Source: Eledone cirrhosa
Lineage: Eukaryota
Length of the DNA stretch: 64,000 bases
Reading direction: 5' to 3'
NCBI GenBank assembly: GCA_964016885.1
Contig: OZ024746.1
Location: 54,870,001-54,934,000, forward strand
In this document: piece by piece, positions 16,448 to 30,866 of the stretch
How the letters are laid out: each line of letters starts with the position of its first letter
Position numbering within the stretch: the first letter of the stretch is position 1
The notes under the pieces: generated by a model
Told to the model about the DNA's origin: nothing
The model's database searches: none
What the model saw: only the letters and a program-made list of their open reading frames with translations
Position numbers and translations under genes: made by a program

Positions 16448-17199
16448 TATAATAATACTGAACTGTAACACGAACGGCTTAAACTATACAATCTCTTGAA
16501 AGTCAACAGTTGACATTATCTTGTAATTTTGTATCAGTAATGACGGTAATATATATATATATATGTGTGTAAGTGAGTAGCGTATGTGTGTTTGTTTGTA
16601 TGTATGAGAGTTGGTGTGTGTACGCGTGTGTATATATGTGTGTGTGTACGCGTGTATGTCGTACGTATAAATGTCAATAAGTGATTTTTTTTTGGGGGGG
16701 GGGGGGGGGGCGCGGGGATATAGAAACAATCGGGCTGTATGCCCGATCGCGCAGTTAAACCACTGGGAGTGAAGAACCCCTAGCCCTAGTCAGGGCATTC
16801 TTCTAGGAGAAGGCATCTCAGGAAACTGTGTTAACTCCGACATAAAACCTGCGGCTCAGTAGTTACCGATGATGTTGATCTTTTCTTCTTTTCGGGTTAT
16901 AGTTTATGTCGCTCAGAGAGTGGGATTGGCTCAGTGCACAGTCTTTCCTCACTTTAAAAATGTTTGTCACGCACAGGCATTGCACGATTGCATTAATTAA
17001 TAATTATTAATAGTGTATTATTGTTCTTTGAGTCTCAGTCCTTGATGTTAGTTAATAATTATTAATAGTGTACTATTATTATTATTATTATTATTGTTAC
17101 TATTATTATTACTTTTTTTTTTTTCTTTCCAATTCAATGATGTTCCAGAACAATATAAAAGAGATAATTGGCAATATAGGTTCTGGAACAAAAAAGATA

Positions 17200-20100
17200 A
17201 TTAGCAATAAGGGCAGGGGCCCCAAGTTATCACAGCCTGGGCCCGCTCGTCATCGTGCCATTGTAATAGAGCAAAACAAGGCATTTAGTCTTGGCTGCTG
17301 GAACGTACGGCCGCTGCTTGACTGGGATTCCTTGGAGCGTCCTGAACGAAGGACCGCTCTTTTTGCAAAGGAGCTTCGACGTTACGATCTTGACATCGTG
17401 GCTTTATCTGAGACGAGGTTAGCTGGAGATGGTCATCTTACGGAATTTTGTTGAGAATATACATTCTTCTGGAAAGGAAGAGATGAAAGAACCAGAAGAG
17501 AGGCTGGGGTAGGATTTGCTGTTCAGACTGTACTTGTGAATAAATTAGAATAATTCCCAGTAGGGATTAGTGAGCGTCTTATGTCCATGATAATTCCGCT
17601 AGACAAGGGAAGATATGCGACCCTGGTGAGTGTGTATGCTCCAACTATGAATTCTGCCGATGAAGAAAAAGTGTCCTTTTACCATACCTTGAATGGTGTT
17701 TTAAGAAATATCCCTCAGGCAGACAAAGTCATCGTGCTTGGTGACTTTAATGCTGGAGTGGGTAGGGATTTTAACACATGGAATGTAATCGAAAGGCATG
17801 GGTGGGAAAGTGTAACAACAATGGTATGCTCCTGCTGCAGATGTGTGAGGAGCTGGATCTGTGTGTTACCAACACCATGTTCCAACAAAATAACAAATTC
17901 AAGACCACATGGATGCATCCTGCATCTAAGGAATGGCATCTTTTGGACAACGTCCTATGCAGGATGGGTGACAGACAGGATGTGCAGTGCGTTCTGCTCT
18001 TCGTGGAGCTGAGTGATGGACGGACCACCGCCTGGTACGCGCAAAAGTGAAATTAATCACTAAACGTAAAATCCGGGCTCCTGGTTTTGCCCTGACAAAA
18101 GATTGAATGCTGGTCGTCTTAAGGATAAAAATGTGAAGAGGACATTGCAAGAAGAGATGCAGGTTGCAGATCTTTGTGAGGATTGGCCCACTCTTAAAAA
18201 GTCGGTTTATGATGTAGGCAGGCGTGTTCTGGGATTGGTGCAGAGAAAACATAAGGACTGGTTTAATGAGAATGATGTACATATAGAAGACTTGTTGGCT
18301 GATAAAAGGCGTGCTCTGTCACGCTTCTTGACGGGAAAAACCACAGGAGAGGAATACGTTGCATGAGCAAATCAAGGATGTAAAATCACGTGTTAGGCGG
18401 AGTTTTTCTCAGCTAAAGGATCAGTGGTGGAGTGAGAAGGCTGATGAGATACAAACTGCGTCAGATTCCAATAACACATAGCTGTTGTAGTCTCTTGCGT
18501 GAGATTTATGGGCCGTCTCTTTCTCTAGTGACACCGCTTCGCAGCAAGGATGGCAAAGAAATTCTTCTTGACTCACAAGGAATTCTACGAAGGTGGCGAG
18601 AACACATTGATGATCTTTTGAATCAGCCGTCTGTCGTCAATGAAGATTTCCTCAATCTCGTTCCAGAAAGTCCTTTAGAAGTAGCTCTCGCAGTACCTCC
18701 GACGCTTGTGGAGGTTGCAGTGGCTATCTCGAAGCTGAACAGTGGAAGGTCTCCAGGTATGGATGGCATACATGCTGAGCTCCTACAATATGGTGGTGAG
18801 AGACTAGTGCAACATATTCACTCTTTGTTTGGCAGGATATAGGCTAATGAATCCGTACCTGAGGACAGGAGATATGCAGTAATGGTGGTCTTGTACAAGG
18901 GAAAGGGTAACAGGAATGATTATGGGAACTCCAGAGGTATATCATTGCTTTCTGTCGTAGGAAAAGTTTTATATAGGGTGCTTCTGGACCGTCTGCTGAC
19001 ACACATTGCAGATTGTGTTCTTCCTAAAAGTCAATCTGGTTTTCGTTGTGGACGCGGCATTACTGATATGATCTCAGCTAGACAGCTCCAGGAGAAGTGC
19101 ATGGAGCAAGGTTTGGATCTGTATCAGGTTTTTGTCGATCTGTTAACAGAAATGCATTATGGAAGGGTCTCCAGAAACTGGGTTGCCCTGATAAGTTCCT
19201 TGCTTTAGTTAGAACTTTCCATGACGACATGAAGGCTTGGATTAAAGTCGGAGGTAACATGTCGGAGCCTATCTCAGTAAAAAATGGAGTGAAACAGGGG
19301 GATATTCCAGCACCGACCCTGTTTGCCATATACTTTGCAATGGTTTTCTGTATTGCATTCAGGAATTGCGAGCATAGTGTTTACATCCGATATCGAACCT
19401 CAGGCAGCATATTTGACATCAGGCGCTTTGCTGCAAAGACAAACGTATTTACATCAATCATAAGATACCTCTTGTATGCAGATGATTGCGATCTTGTAGC
19501 GCACATAGAGAGTGATATGCAGCACATTTTGAATGCATTTTCTGATGCTTGCACTGGCCTAGGATTGACTGTCAGTCTCAAGAAAACCGTCGTCATGTAC
19601 CAACCTGCCCCTGGTAAGCAGTACAGTGAACCAAATATCTATGTGTATGGTAAACGACTTGGAGTGGTTGATCAGTTTGTCTACCTGGGAAGCACTGTCA
19701 ATCGATACAGCAACCTTGATAGTGAAATCTCACTTAGGATTAGGAAAGCAAGTGATGCTTTCGGAAACTAGAAAGGCGAATCTGGGGTCAGCGAGACATA
19801 TGCAAGAAGAGAAAGATAAAGGTGTACAAGGCATGTGTGCTCTCTTCTCTTCCTTATGCCTGCGAGACCTGGGTCACATATCAACACCACCTTAAGCAAT
19901 TGGAGCGTTTCCATCAGATGTGTCTCAGACGGATCCATGGCGTTCACTGGAGGGACCACATCAGTGATATCGAGATTTTGGAAAGCTCTATGTGTGACAG
20001 TATAGAAGCTCTTGTGCTTAAGCAACGACTCCGTTGGAGTGGTCACCTTGCCAGGATGAAGGATTCTAGAATACCAAAACAACTCTTTTATGGAGAGTTG

Positions 20101-20655
20101 GTTAAAGGACAACGACCGCCACATAAACCAAAAAAGAGGTATAAGGATTCCTTGAAAGCCTCTCTGAAAGACGCTAACATCTCTGCTGATACATGGGAGA
20201 ATATTGCTGCTGATCGTAATAAATGGAGAAAGACTGTATATGAGGGAAAAGTTGCCTTTGAGGCATCTCGAATCGCATACAAGAAAGTAAAGCGGGATGT
20301 GAGGAAGGGCATTGCTGTTGCACTTCTAGACGGCGAGGGTCCTCCTATGGTGCTGACATGCAGCGTATGTGCGAGACTCTGCCTAAGCAAAGCTGGACTC
20401 GAAAATCATCTTCGCAGTCATAAAGTAAGACCAGTTGTTGACTACCAGGCTGCTGTTGGAGATGCTACACATCATGCTTGCCAAACATGTGGTAGAGAAT
20501 GTAAATCAGCAGGAGGGCTCAAGCAACATGCAAAAGTACACGAACTCCAACCACAGCCGACTATTCCCAGTGAATGTTTTGGTTGCCGACTCTGTGCAAG
20601 ACATTTTAGATCATTGGCTGGGCTAAAAAGCCACATTCGATCGCAGCGCTGTTAG
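17200..20655 (+). pseudogene. RTE ORF: APE endonuclease, reverse transcriptase, three C2H2 fingers; stops and frameshifts
   Basis: WNVR, ALSETR, VYAPT, LGDFNA; SPGMDGI, RGISLLS, GVKQG, LYADD, YLGS, RLRWSGH; three CxxC-x12-H fingers. Split across 8 ORF fragments. Confidence 0.93.
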
Positions 20656-20694
20656 TTGCTATCGTGTGTGTGTATAAATATGTTTATGTGTGTG

Positions 20695-20769
<75 letters not shown>

Positions 20770-20775
<6 letters not shown>

Positions 20776-20985
20776 GTGAGGTTTTTTTTACAAAATGAAA
20801 AATAACCGAGGTGTCCTACACGAGTGGAGATGGAGGGTCTGTGAGAAAAACCACAGACCCTCCATCTCAACTCACCTTTTGAAAAGCAGAAGAACTGCGA
20901 AACCGGTAAAGGAACCAAATAAATATATATATTTAAAAAAAAAATAAGACTTCAGTTGCATTTTCGATTTCATCCCTTTTTCTTT
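20770..20985 (+). mobile_element. Short hammerhead-bearing insertion in (TA)n of the LINE 3'UTR
   Basis: Absent from the duplicate copy. 22-bp hairpin at 20822-20873, then a hammerhead-like fold. Confidence 0.65.
20875..20912 (+). ncRNA. Degenerate minimal hammerhead (mutated core)
   Basis: CCTT-TTGAAAA-GCAG AAGAA CTGC-GAAA-CCGG-TA-AAGG. All three stems intact; core has 2 substitutions versus CTGAAGA. Confidence 0.6.
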
Positions 20986-20991
20986 ATATAT

Positions 20992-21055
<64 letters not shown>

Positions 21056-21184
21056 CATTATTGTTGTTGTTGTCGTTATTATTATTGTCGTTATTATTAT
21101 TATTATTGTTATTAATATATATGTATATATATTTTTTTTTCTCGTGCAATTTACATACTCGATAACGAGGGCAGCCATCATATG

Positions 21185-21241
<57 letters not shown>

Positions 21242-21629
21242 AGAAAAAATTCATATATACCACACCAATCAATTCATATTTAAAATATCATATAAAAACT
21301 AATTGTATATCTTTATCGCAAAATACTACAAGTTGCATTTGTTAAGATATTCCAAGTAAAGAAGAAAATATACTGAAGTTTATTTCTGTGATAGAAGTTA
21401 AATGTTCATATATCATTCATAGAATTGTTCCCCATTTTTACTACTTGGGGATGGTGCGAGCGGTAAAGTTGTATTACAATTGTGTGACAGTGAAAGCAGT
21501 AAACGGAATAGTTAGCGCACTACATTTTTATTAGCACTTCAGATTTTGCCTATACGACAAGGAATTAATGTAGCAGGAATGATATTTGTAACACTAATAC
21601 GATTATTATTATATTAGGGAAGTTGGAGA

Positions 21630-22335
21630 GGTGGGGAGATTGGCAGTATCGGTAGAGGGTCGGAAGCCATGCCTTGTAGCATAGAGTTACGCCCCTTTAT
21701 GATCTGTGTTCAAATCCCGCCCAGGTTAACTTTGCCTTTCATCCTTACGGGGTCGATAAAATAAAGCACAAGTCACGCACTGACGTCGATTTAATCGACT
21801 CCCCCACCATACATGCTGGATTGTGCCTATATAAGAAACCATCATTAGGGCCGTTGGATTGGCAGTATCGGTAGAGCGTCGGATAATAAGATTTACGGCA
21901 TAGAATTATGGTTATTTACGTTGTGAATGCAAATCCCGCCGAGGTTAACTTTGCTTTTCATCTTTACGGGGTCGATAAAAGAAAGTACCACCAGTACAAA
22001 TTGTTCGCCTTGTGCCTAAATCAGAAGCCGAGGTTGACTTTGCCTTTCATCCTTACGGGGTCGATAAAATAAAGTACCAGTAATGCACTGGGTAATTGCT
22101 GGCCTTGTGCCTAAAGTAGAAACAATTATTATTATTATTGGTAGTAAGCAGCATAGAGTTACGGCTCTTTATAATCCGTGTTCAAATCCCACCGAGTTTA
22201 ACGTTGCCTTTCATCCTTATGGTGTCGATGAAATAAAGTACCAGTCACGCACTAGGGTCGGTTTAATCGAGTTTCCACTCCTCCAGATTTGCTGACTTTG
22301 TGCCTAAATAAAAAAAAACATTATTATTATTACTA
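21630..22335 (+). mobile_element. Tandem cluster of four SINE family A copies or fragments
   Basis: Central CTTTCATCCTTACGGGGTCGATAAAA-type domain at ~21735, 21955, 22045 and 22207. Confidence 0.85.
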
Positions 22336-23616
22336 GCAGTAGTAATGTTAGTATTATTATCAGCAGCAGCATTGTTAGAATCGCTAGGACCCACGAACGG
22401 AGCATTCGATTCGGCTCCCCTTTCTCTAAGTTCGATTCGCATCAGATTATACAGTGCATTTCATGCTTTGCATGTCGATAAATAAAGTATCAGTTCTGTA
22501 CCAGCATCGATTAGTCTTCCGCCCTTTCCCTTTCTAAGTGTATTAATTGTCGGCAGACTTGACAAGAAATAGACTCCAACAAATAAAAAAATCTGAGCAA
22601 ACATCAATTATCATGCCAGTGCCCTACGACTCCTTCAAGCGTTAGTGTCCAAATTTATGTATATGTATGTGTATATATATATACACGTTCATGTATGTGT
22701 ATATCAAAGTGATATATATGTGTACACATATATATCACTTTGAAAGCCAAACAGAACAGATAACTGGCAATATGTGTCCGATCATATTACGAACGGCCGT
22801 CATTCCCGTTTCTAGTATCTAATGTCACAAACAACAATACCATTTCTAATAGGTCATACATAAGATGAACATAATTCGAGGAGAAATCATTGCCTCTCAT
22901 AAAAATTCTCCTTAACATGAAACAGAATACATAAGATACTGAAGCGAAGGAGGTTTATTGGCAATAGCAGCAGCGCCATTTTGATTTTCGTGTCTTTAAT
23001 GACGACACTTTTGTCCAACAATGTTATAGGCACCGAGGAATGAAATTCACTAACTGAAAATCTTGTATGACATACGGTGGTTTATTGATTTTTACTCATT
23101 TATGATTTCTGTGGTCTGGCGTGAGTATTTAATTGAGTAAATGCTCTCTAGCGGGAGTTTTAGATATTTTGCTTATATCTCTTGGCTTCTATTTGACTTG
23201 TGCTGGTATCTCAGCGTAAAATAAATGCTGTTAACTTTTGGAAAGTCTTAACCTTTAAGCTGATTAATATTTTAAAGTGTAATTCGGAGCAGAGACAATA
23301 GTATTAATAATATGTAACGGTTGACTTAACAGGATCGTGTCAGCATTCCCACTTCCCCGCTGAATCCGTCTCTCAGGTAATAGATACGTTACATAGATAA
23401 AATGACTATCTTCTGTTTCCCAAACTCCAATCAAAATAACATTACATGGAAAGGTAATTATATATACTTAAATCTACGACTCTAGAGAGAATAAACCGAG
23501 ACTGAGAATGTATGTAGGCATATAAACGACCATACATACACACATAATCATATACGCACAATCGCACACATAGTCACTCACATGCTCGCGTTTATTCCGA
23601 TTATTTCTCTCCCTCA

Positions 23617-23689
<73 letters not shown>

Positions 23690-23807
23690 TATTTAGTTAT
23701 GTATGCACACGCATAATACGTATATATGTATATATATAGTTATATATGCACACATATTATACGTATATATGTATATATATATATGTGTTTGTGTGTATGC
23801 ATATATG

Positions 23808-23891
<84 letters not shown>

Positions 23892-23895
23892 AGTA

Positions 23896-23938
<43 letters not shown>

Positions 23939-24811
23939 CCGGATATATCTGTATATTTGCATGTCTCTGTTTACCGGTGTGTGCATGCGCATGCGCAAAG
24001 TCAAGAATTGACCATCTACAACATAGTATGTCCAGCTAGAAATAGCAGTCAAATCTTACAATATATATATAGACACATATTTATATAAAACGGCGAACGG
24101 AATTTGAAAGAGATGTGGTTCGAGACCTCTGTGTGGTGTTGCCAGTCTTTTTTCAAGTCTTATAAAGACTTATAAACCAGGTTATTATTAAAACTGTTTT
24201 ATTTACTGAAATTACTGCGAAATCTTATTCAATTTTCAAATTACGCTCGTCGGTCCCCACACATATGTTCTATCTTTATTTACCTATTGCTATTAAATTA
24301 TAATTCCTAAAATTAACTCCAGGGTTCTTTAGCTAGGCAGTTTTCCGGCAAAAATGAGGTGTACGTTCGATCTCCATGTGGACAGATGCCCATCATTTTC
24401 GGTACAGTGGGTGAATAGGTTCTGTTATTTTTAGCCTAGTTTATTTAGTCAATGCAATAGCGAAAACCTTCCAATTCGATTTCCAAATTCCTCCTGCCGT
24501 TTTCTAAATATACGTGCTTTTCTCTGCGCATATGAAGACACACATACGATTAGATATCGGGGCAGAGTTGGGCTACGATCATTATGATCGCACTATATGC
24601 TAATCGATATCGAAACAATTATCGTATGCCAACAAAGTTTGTATATTGTTTGTATTTTGTTCCTGCTTAATTTCTTTTATATTCTGCACGATACAGTCAG
24701 CGCAAACTTGAAATTCACAGAGCGAGACGGACGCCCTCAACAGTATTGAATACTTTAAACGATGAAGCGTCTTTGACTATAGTTACACACATACCCACCA
24801 TGCATATATAT

Positions 24812-24883
<72 letters not shown>

Positions 24884-25423
24884 TGTATACAAATGAATGA
24901 AAGCATTGTATATTGAATAAGATACGGGATGTTTATGCAAAACGTTTGAAGGCCTTCTTCTATGAATTTTTTAGATTGTGATCATCGTCCCTCACATAAC
25001 CGTGACAATAGTAGAGGTAAGTAGTAGCCGCATTTCTAGTTTATTAGCTATTATCACGTCTACCTATCAATCCGTCCTTGCTGAGGCTAATGTAATCTTG
25101 AATCTGTAAGATTCAAGATTTTTTTTATGAACTGGCGAAACTTATTTGCATACAGAGCGGCTTTAATTAAACATATATTGGTGCTCCGACATAGCGATAA
25201 AGATATGTATGTACGTATTGTATATTGAATATACGGTATGAGTTTATGTTTTTACTGTAGCTGGGTGTGTGACAATGATGAAAACCTTGATATTTCATAT
25301 CGAAAGGCCTTACAATATTTTATATAATCATTGCCGTATATTGGTCAATATATAATATGTACATTCATATCGCTATGTCGGGGCACCAACACCACTTTAT
25401 ACATACATGTATACAAAGATACA

Positions 25424-25500
<77 letters not shown>

Positions 25501-25501
<1 letters not shown>

Positions 25502-25875
25502 ATAAAAACCTAATTTACGAATGTAAAGTTATAACTGACACCAATTCCTTCACCTATTTTGGCTCCACTTCCACCTCTTTTAAAGCTCGTCTTTATGACC
25601 ATCATTCGTCTTTTAAATACAAACTTAAAATAACCAACACGGCTCTCTCAGAACTCATATGGTCCTTGAAAGACAAAAATATTAAATATAGCATCTTTTG
25701 GAAGAAGGTTTTTTCTGCGTCGTCTTGAACAGTTCTCTATCCAAAATTTGCAATCTCTGTCTAAATGAAAAATTTACCATTATTTCTAATTTAGATTCTA
25801 TAATAAATAGACGCACTGACTTGTTTTCTATCTGCTTGCATACATTCCGTAAAACATTTCACAAAGTATACAGCT
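25501..25875 (+). pseudogene. Penelope-like GIY-YIG endonuclease remnant
   Basis: NLIYECKV...TYFGSTSTSFKARLYDHHSSFK...TALSELIWSLK...W, continuing to FCNLCLNEK after a disruption. Confidence 0.85.
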
Positions 25876-26774
25876 AATATTCAATTCTTTATCAATTTAG
25901 AATTTGTTTCTCAAAGGCACACATATATATATATATATACACTTCTTTTAAAAATATACCCATCTTTCTACCTTATATCAAAGCTTATTATACATTCTAT
26001 AATACTTGTTACTCATTCTACATCGCTCCTATTTATCACTTCCCTTTCTTCTCTTCTTCTTTAAATGTCTAACCCCTAATCTATACATTTTCTCACTCTT
26101 GCCTAACATAGAATCAATTATTACATAATACAATACATTCTTACTCTATATCACCTTGTAAAAATCCTTCGTAAACATATACATTTTTTTGAGGTTAGAT
26201 TATTCATCTTCAATTCATTATTCTTTTCTCCCTTTCATCTAACTCATTCATGCTCATCTCACAATATTTCCCTACTTAAATAACCTGTTGTTCCTTTTAA
26301 TAATACATATCAACATTTTCTTAACATCGCACATATTATTAAACCCTTAAATATTATTCTCAATACATATTAACATTTTCTTTTTCATCGCACATATTAT
26401 CAAACCCCTCAATATACAAACCTTAACTTTACATTATTTTTTTCTCTTCGTTAATTTTCAAATTCTTTTAATTTATACATTATCTTCCAACGGTTTTCAA
26501 CCTCTCTATGAAAAACAATATATCTTTCTCAGTTATAAAAGCTATCTCCCTCTCTCTCTATCACCCATCTCTCCTCCTATCTCATCCTTCCTCATTATAC
26601 TCCTCCCTCTCCACTTTTTACTCTCATCTCCTCCTCTTTTTCATCCTTTCCACACACCCCCTCTAAATAAAATATTTTTCACAATATCACACATCAATCT
26701 AAAAATACTTCTCATATGTTGATTTAAAACTGAACTATCCACAAGTGTTTTTTAAACTTCATATCATGTCTTCC

Positions 26775-26845
26775 TGTTTTATCTGATGAAAACACAAATA
26801 TTATTGCATGATGATATTTGTTTTTGAAATGCGCATAATAAAATA
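26775..26845 (+). ncRNA. Minimal type I hammerhead ribozyme motif
   Basis: TGTTTTAT-CTGATGA-(stem II CAAATATTA/TGATATTTG)-GAAA-TGCGCA-TA-ATAAAATA. Palindromic stem III ATGCGCAT. Confidence 0.8.
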
Positions 26846-26971
26846 CATGGAACTCTTTTAACCATCTTTTGTTCTTATATATTATGTATACTCCAGTCCT
26901 ACAAACTGTAGAGTGCTTCTTATCCGATATCTCCATTGCATTGCTTTATTGTACTACAATAAAACTCACCT

Positions 26972-27043
<72 letters not shown>

Positions 27044-27828
27044 CATTAACACGAGAACGGAACAATAAACTCGAGTGAAAATGATATACTTGGATATAAC
27101 TCAAAATTATCAACTTATAACTGATATAACTGATGATAATATATATGTATATATGTACACACACATCCGCACACATACACATTCACACCAATATATATAT
27201 ACGTGTAATAGTTTAACTATTTTAAAGCCTCATTGATAGTGCCGAGCAATTGCGCTAGTAGCGGTGTTTATCGGTCATTGAATGCAAAGTATGATTTCTC
27301 TTTTTCCTTTTCTGTATTTCTCTTTTCTTCCATCCCGCTCTCACCTTTTTCTCCGCATCTTCTCTACGGTAATGTTTACCCACTTTTCTGTCGGTTTCGA
27401 TGATGATTGCATCGATTGTTCGATAAACGGAACAGACTGTTTGTGAAAGATAAAGATCCATAGAATTTTCCAATCTTAATATACGCATTTGCATCCGAGT
27501 CGTCTCGCCTTTCATCACCCGCCGTTGGTCCACCTACCCTAGCTCCTTACATGACTCGTAGGACCTCTGAGCAATGTTTGTTCATCCTCCATACATAACT
27601 GAACAATGATTTTATTTCGGGTGAAAGCCAGACATTTTCGGTAGAAGGTGTGAATGGATTAATTGGAAGACAATATAGAGTTGGAAAAAATATAGAGCCG
27701 AAACAAATACTTCAATGATTTTATTCCATATTGTAACGATTCTGCTACAACTAGTTGAATGAGCACGCAATACCCACTCCACCCCCTGCCAATGCGTGAT
27801 CTGATAATCTTGATGTCTAATATAATGC

Positions 27829-28034
27829 TTTCTTATATAAGAACCAGGCCAGCAATTTTTGAGGGAGAGGAAAGTCGATTAAATCGATCCCAGTGTACTT
27901 TATTCTATCGATTAAATCGATCGCGGTACTTTATTCTATAGAACACTTAAGGATAAAAGGCAAAGTTAACCTCAGCGGCATTTGAGCTCAGATCATAAAT
28001 GGCCGTAACTCCATCGCAAAGCATGGCGTCCGAC
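27829..28034 (-). mobile_element. SINE family A
   Basis: Reverse-complement match with an internal duplication. Confidence 0.75.
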
Positions 28035-28587
28035 CAAAAAGACAGATATTGGTTGTGTGATGTAGGTCCGACATGAAATACACAGTACTTGGTTAATACA
28101 CATATTATAAACACGCGAATATGAAAGCTAACATCGGTGTTATATAACCCCAAAATATACGGATAATCAGACACACACAGATAGAGCAAACAACCAACTA
28201 TTGACAAATAAATAAACACATAGATAAATACAAAAACACACAAATAAATACAAATACACACACACCCGAATGTAACGCATGCGCAAACTAAGCACAAAAA
28301 ACACAACACACAAAACAAGATGGTGTAGGATAGAACAAAGGTGAGAGACAAAATAAAAAGCTAGTCACTGAGGAGTTCACAGAATGTGTGACGAAAGAGC
28401 TTTGACAATATATAAATAAGCTTCCGGTTATCGAACTAACCAACCAACCAACCGGAAATTTACAATGAATTGAATTGAAAACCAACAGGTGTGTGTGTTT
28501 TTATTGGCGGCATGACCCACCCAAAGTATAACAGTATCTGTTTCAACACACGTTATTAAATCTTGCAAAACAAATTAAAAAACGAAG

Positions 28588-28633
<46 letters not shown>

Positions 28634-28638
<5 letters not shown>

Positions 28639-29290
28639 GACGTAAAATAAGGAAATTTTAAAAATTAAAAATTAACTTACTAAAATTTTCACTCCAACTA
28701 ATTAGTTTCTGTAATGGGATAAAGATAGTTACGCAATGTAACTGTCGAGAATTCATTACGCCATCAGGGGGTCTATTCTCAGCTAAGTCTCCAGGTAATG
28801 CACGGACACTAGGGACTCATATAAAAATAATAATAATTCGGTGGATGGAACAGCTAACGAGGACTGAATTCCAAAGCACTGAAAAAGTTCACTGCTTCTG
28901 GTCAAATGGCAGATTCTAAAGAATCAATCACGTGACACTGAGGCTAGTCGGAAGGAGTGGGGTAGTAAAATGACAAAGCCTACTACCACTACAATAAGTT
29001 AGTAGTGGATTTGGCAGGTTTGCTCAACAAATAAATAATTTGGAGATAAATATAGAGAATTAGTATATTTACGAACATATGCGTACAGATGTACACTAAT
29101 GCTAGCAAATACATAAGTTATGTCATAGTACCTAGGTGGTTCAATGCAGGAGGATGCAGAACAATTATATGAAAGACGTAAAATAAGAAAATTTAAAAAA
29201 ATAAAAATTAACTTACTTACTAAAATTTTCACTCCAACTAATTAGTTTCTGTAATGGGATAAAGATAGTTACGTAATGTAACTGTCGATA
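28634..29290 (-). mobile_element. Retrozyme-like or non-autonomous PLE: ~535 bp unit with terminal direct repeat
   Basis: 28634-28748 repeated at 29171-29288. The repeat contains the 3' half of a hammerhead; flanked by (TA)n; no credible ORF. Confidence 0.7.
28691..28772 (-). ncRNA. Hammerhead motif (core variant CUGAUGG)
   Basis: Minus strand ACCCC-CTGATGG-CGTAATG...CATTACA-GAAA-CTAATTAG-TT-GGAGT. Palindromic stem III ACTAATTAGT. Confidence 0.65.
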
Positions 29291-29973
29291 TATATATATA
29301 ATCTCACATTTAGTATTTCCATATTTTACCATGACGCGCAAAACTGTTGCATTTCACAATGCGTTATTACGAGTAGTGCCATTTGTTATACACACACAGA
29401 CTAATCAACATATGTAAGAGTGTATTTGTTTCTATATATGTTTAAACGTGTATGTATGTGTGTTTGTGTACATATGTATATGTATCTGGGTTAATGTAGA
29501 AGAGGGTCATCATTGAATTTGATGGACAATCATAAGCAGGTAAGCATAACATATATAAATTCATTGCTAGCTAGTCTAAGATTTTTTATCATTCATTGCT
29601 TCATTGATATTCATCGCATATATATATATGTGTGTGTTTGTGTGAGTGTGTGTGTGTGTGTTTGTGTGCTATTTTCAGTCGTTCGTCCCACGTAAGGATA
29701 ATGCACATATATGTGTGTGTATTTGTGTAAGTGCTTGAGTGTGGCATTGCTTTACATCATACATACACGTGACATTTCCATCATAAATCTCACCTTTGAT
29801 CAATTTGTCCTTATTAAACCCCGTTATCAAGAATATACGTATATATGTATATATGTATATATATATGTATGTGTGTATGTATGCACATGCTCAGACACTC
29901 CTATATATACATATATATATATATATATATGCACAAGCCCACACACTCATATATATATATATACACATTTATA

Positions 29974-30085
<112 letters not shown>

Positions 30086-30744
30086 TAGTGAGTGAGAGAA
30101 AGAGAGTAAGAGTGATAAGAGAAAAATCGTCCATTTTCCACTATCCACCCAACACAAACTATAAAAGCTGTCTTGAAATAATTTATACCATTCAGAGTAG
30201 CGAAGGCTGTTCTAATCTCGTAACCATTTTCTAAACCGCTTAGAATTCTGATTGAAAGTTTACCACAAAGGAACTTCCTTTTTGAAGATGATGTGTGTTC
30301 TGTGGCACAAGAAGAAAACACTTTGTGTGTTCATCTGTATTCGTGTGTCTTTGTATCTAGGCGTGGGTTTGTGTATCTGAATAAGTGCGCAGAAACGTGC
30401 GTTGGTATGTGTGTCTCTGTACAACTGTATCTGTGTCTAAATTTACTGAAGGTGAAGAATTCTATTGTGTTTTGAATAATACGAACGAAACCTTTCATGG
30501 AATCATTCTCAGATTTTGGTGAATGCATTTTTAACGTAGGACACTCAGTGCAGGACATTGTACTACAAAAGTGAGGGAGAGAGAGAAACTGTGTGAGAGA
30601 GAAATATTTGATTTCAGTTCTTATCTTTAACACTTTTAAGTTGTAATGTATACGAATTTCAGACATAATCAGATATACACACACAAACGGTCTCAAATTA
30701 ATAAATACATTCAGCAAAAGAATTCACCTATATATATATATATG

Positions 30745-30819
<75 letters not shown>

Positions 30820-30866
30820 AATGAATAATAACAGGTAGACATCATAAAAAGGTAATTTATTCTGTG

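Larger units (their letters stand above)
16710..21182 (+). mobile_element. RTE-clade LINE, near full length, inactivated
   Basis: Leader, APE endonuclease, RT, C-terminal zinc fingers, 3' end ...GGCAGCCATCAT followed by (TA)n. Confidence 0.92.
15970..21185 (+). repeat. Inverted duplication, copy 1 (partner 41315-46300)
   Basis: Colinear reverse-complement match covering the LINE plus ~750 bp of non-LINE upstream flank. Confidence 0.9.
25501..26972 (+). mobile_element. 5'-truncated Penelope-like element (GIY-YIG, 3'UTR, hammerhead)
   Basis: Bounded by (TA)n on both sides; hammerhead ~130 nt before the 3' end. Confidence 0.75.

Noticed and set aside
21630-22335. CRISPR-like repeat-spacer pattern
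   Set aside because: Repeats are SINE central domains with homologous, irregular spacers in eukaryotic DNA; no cas genes.
27255-27533. 92 aa ORF with ordinary composition
   Set aside because: No recognisable motif or splice context; possibly an old TE fragment.
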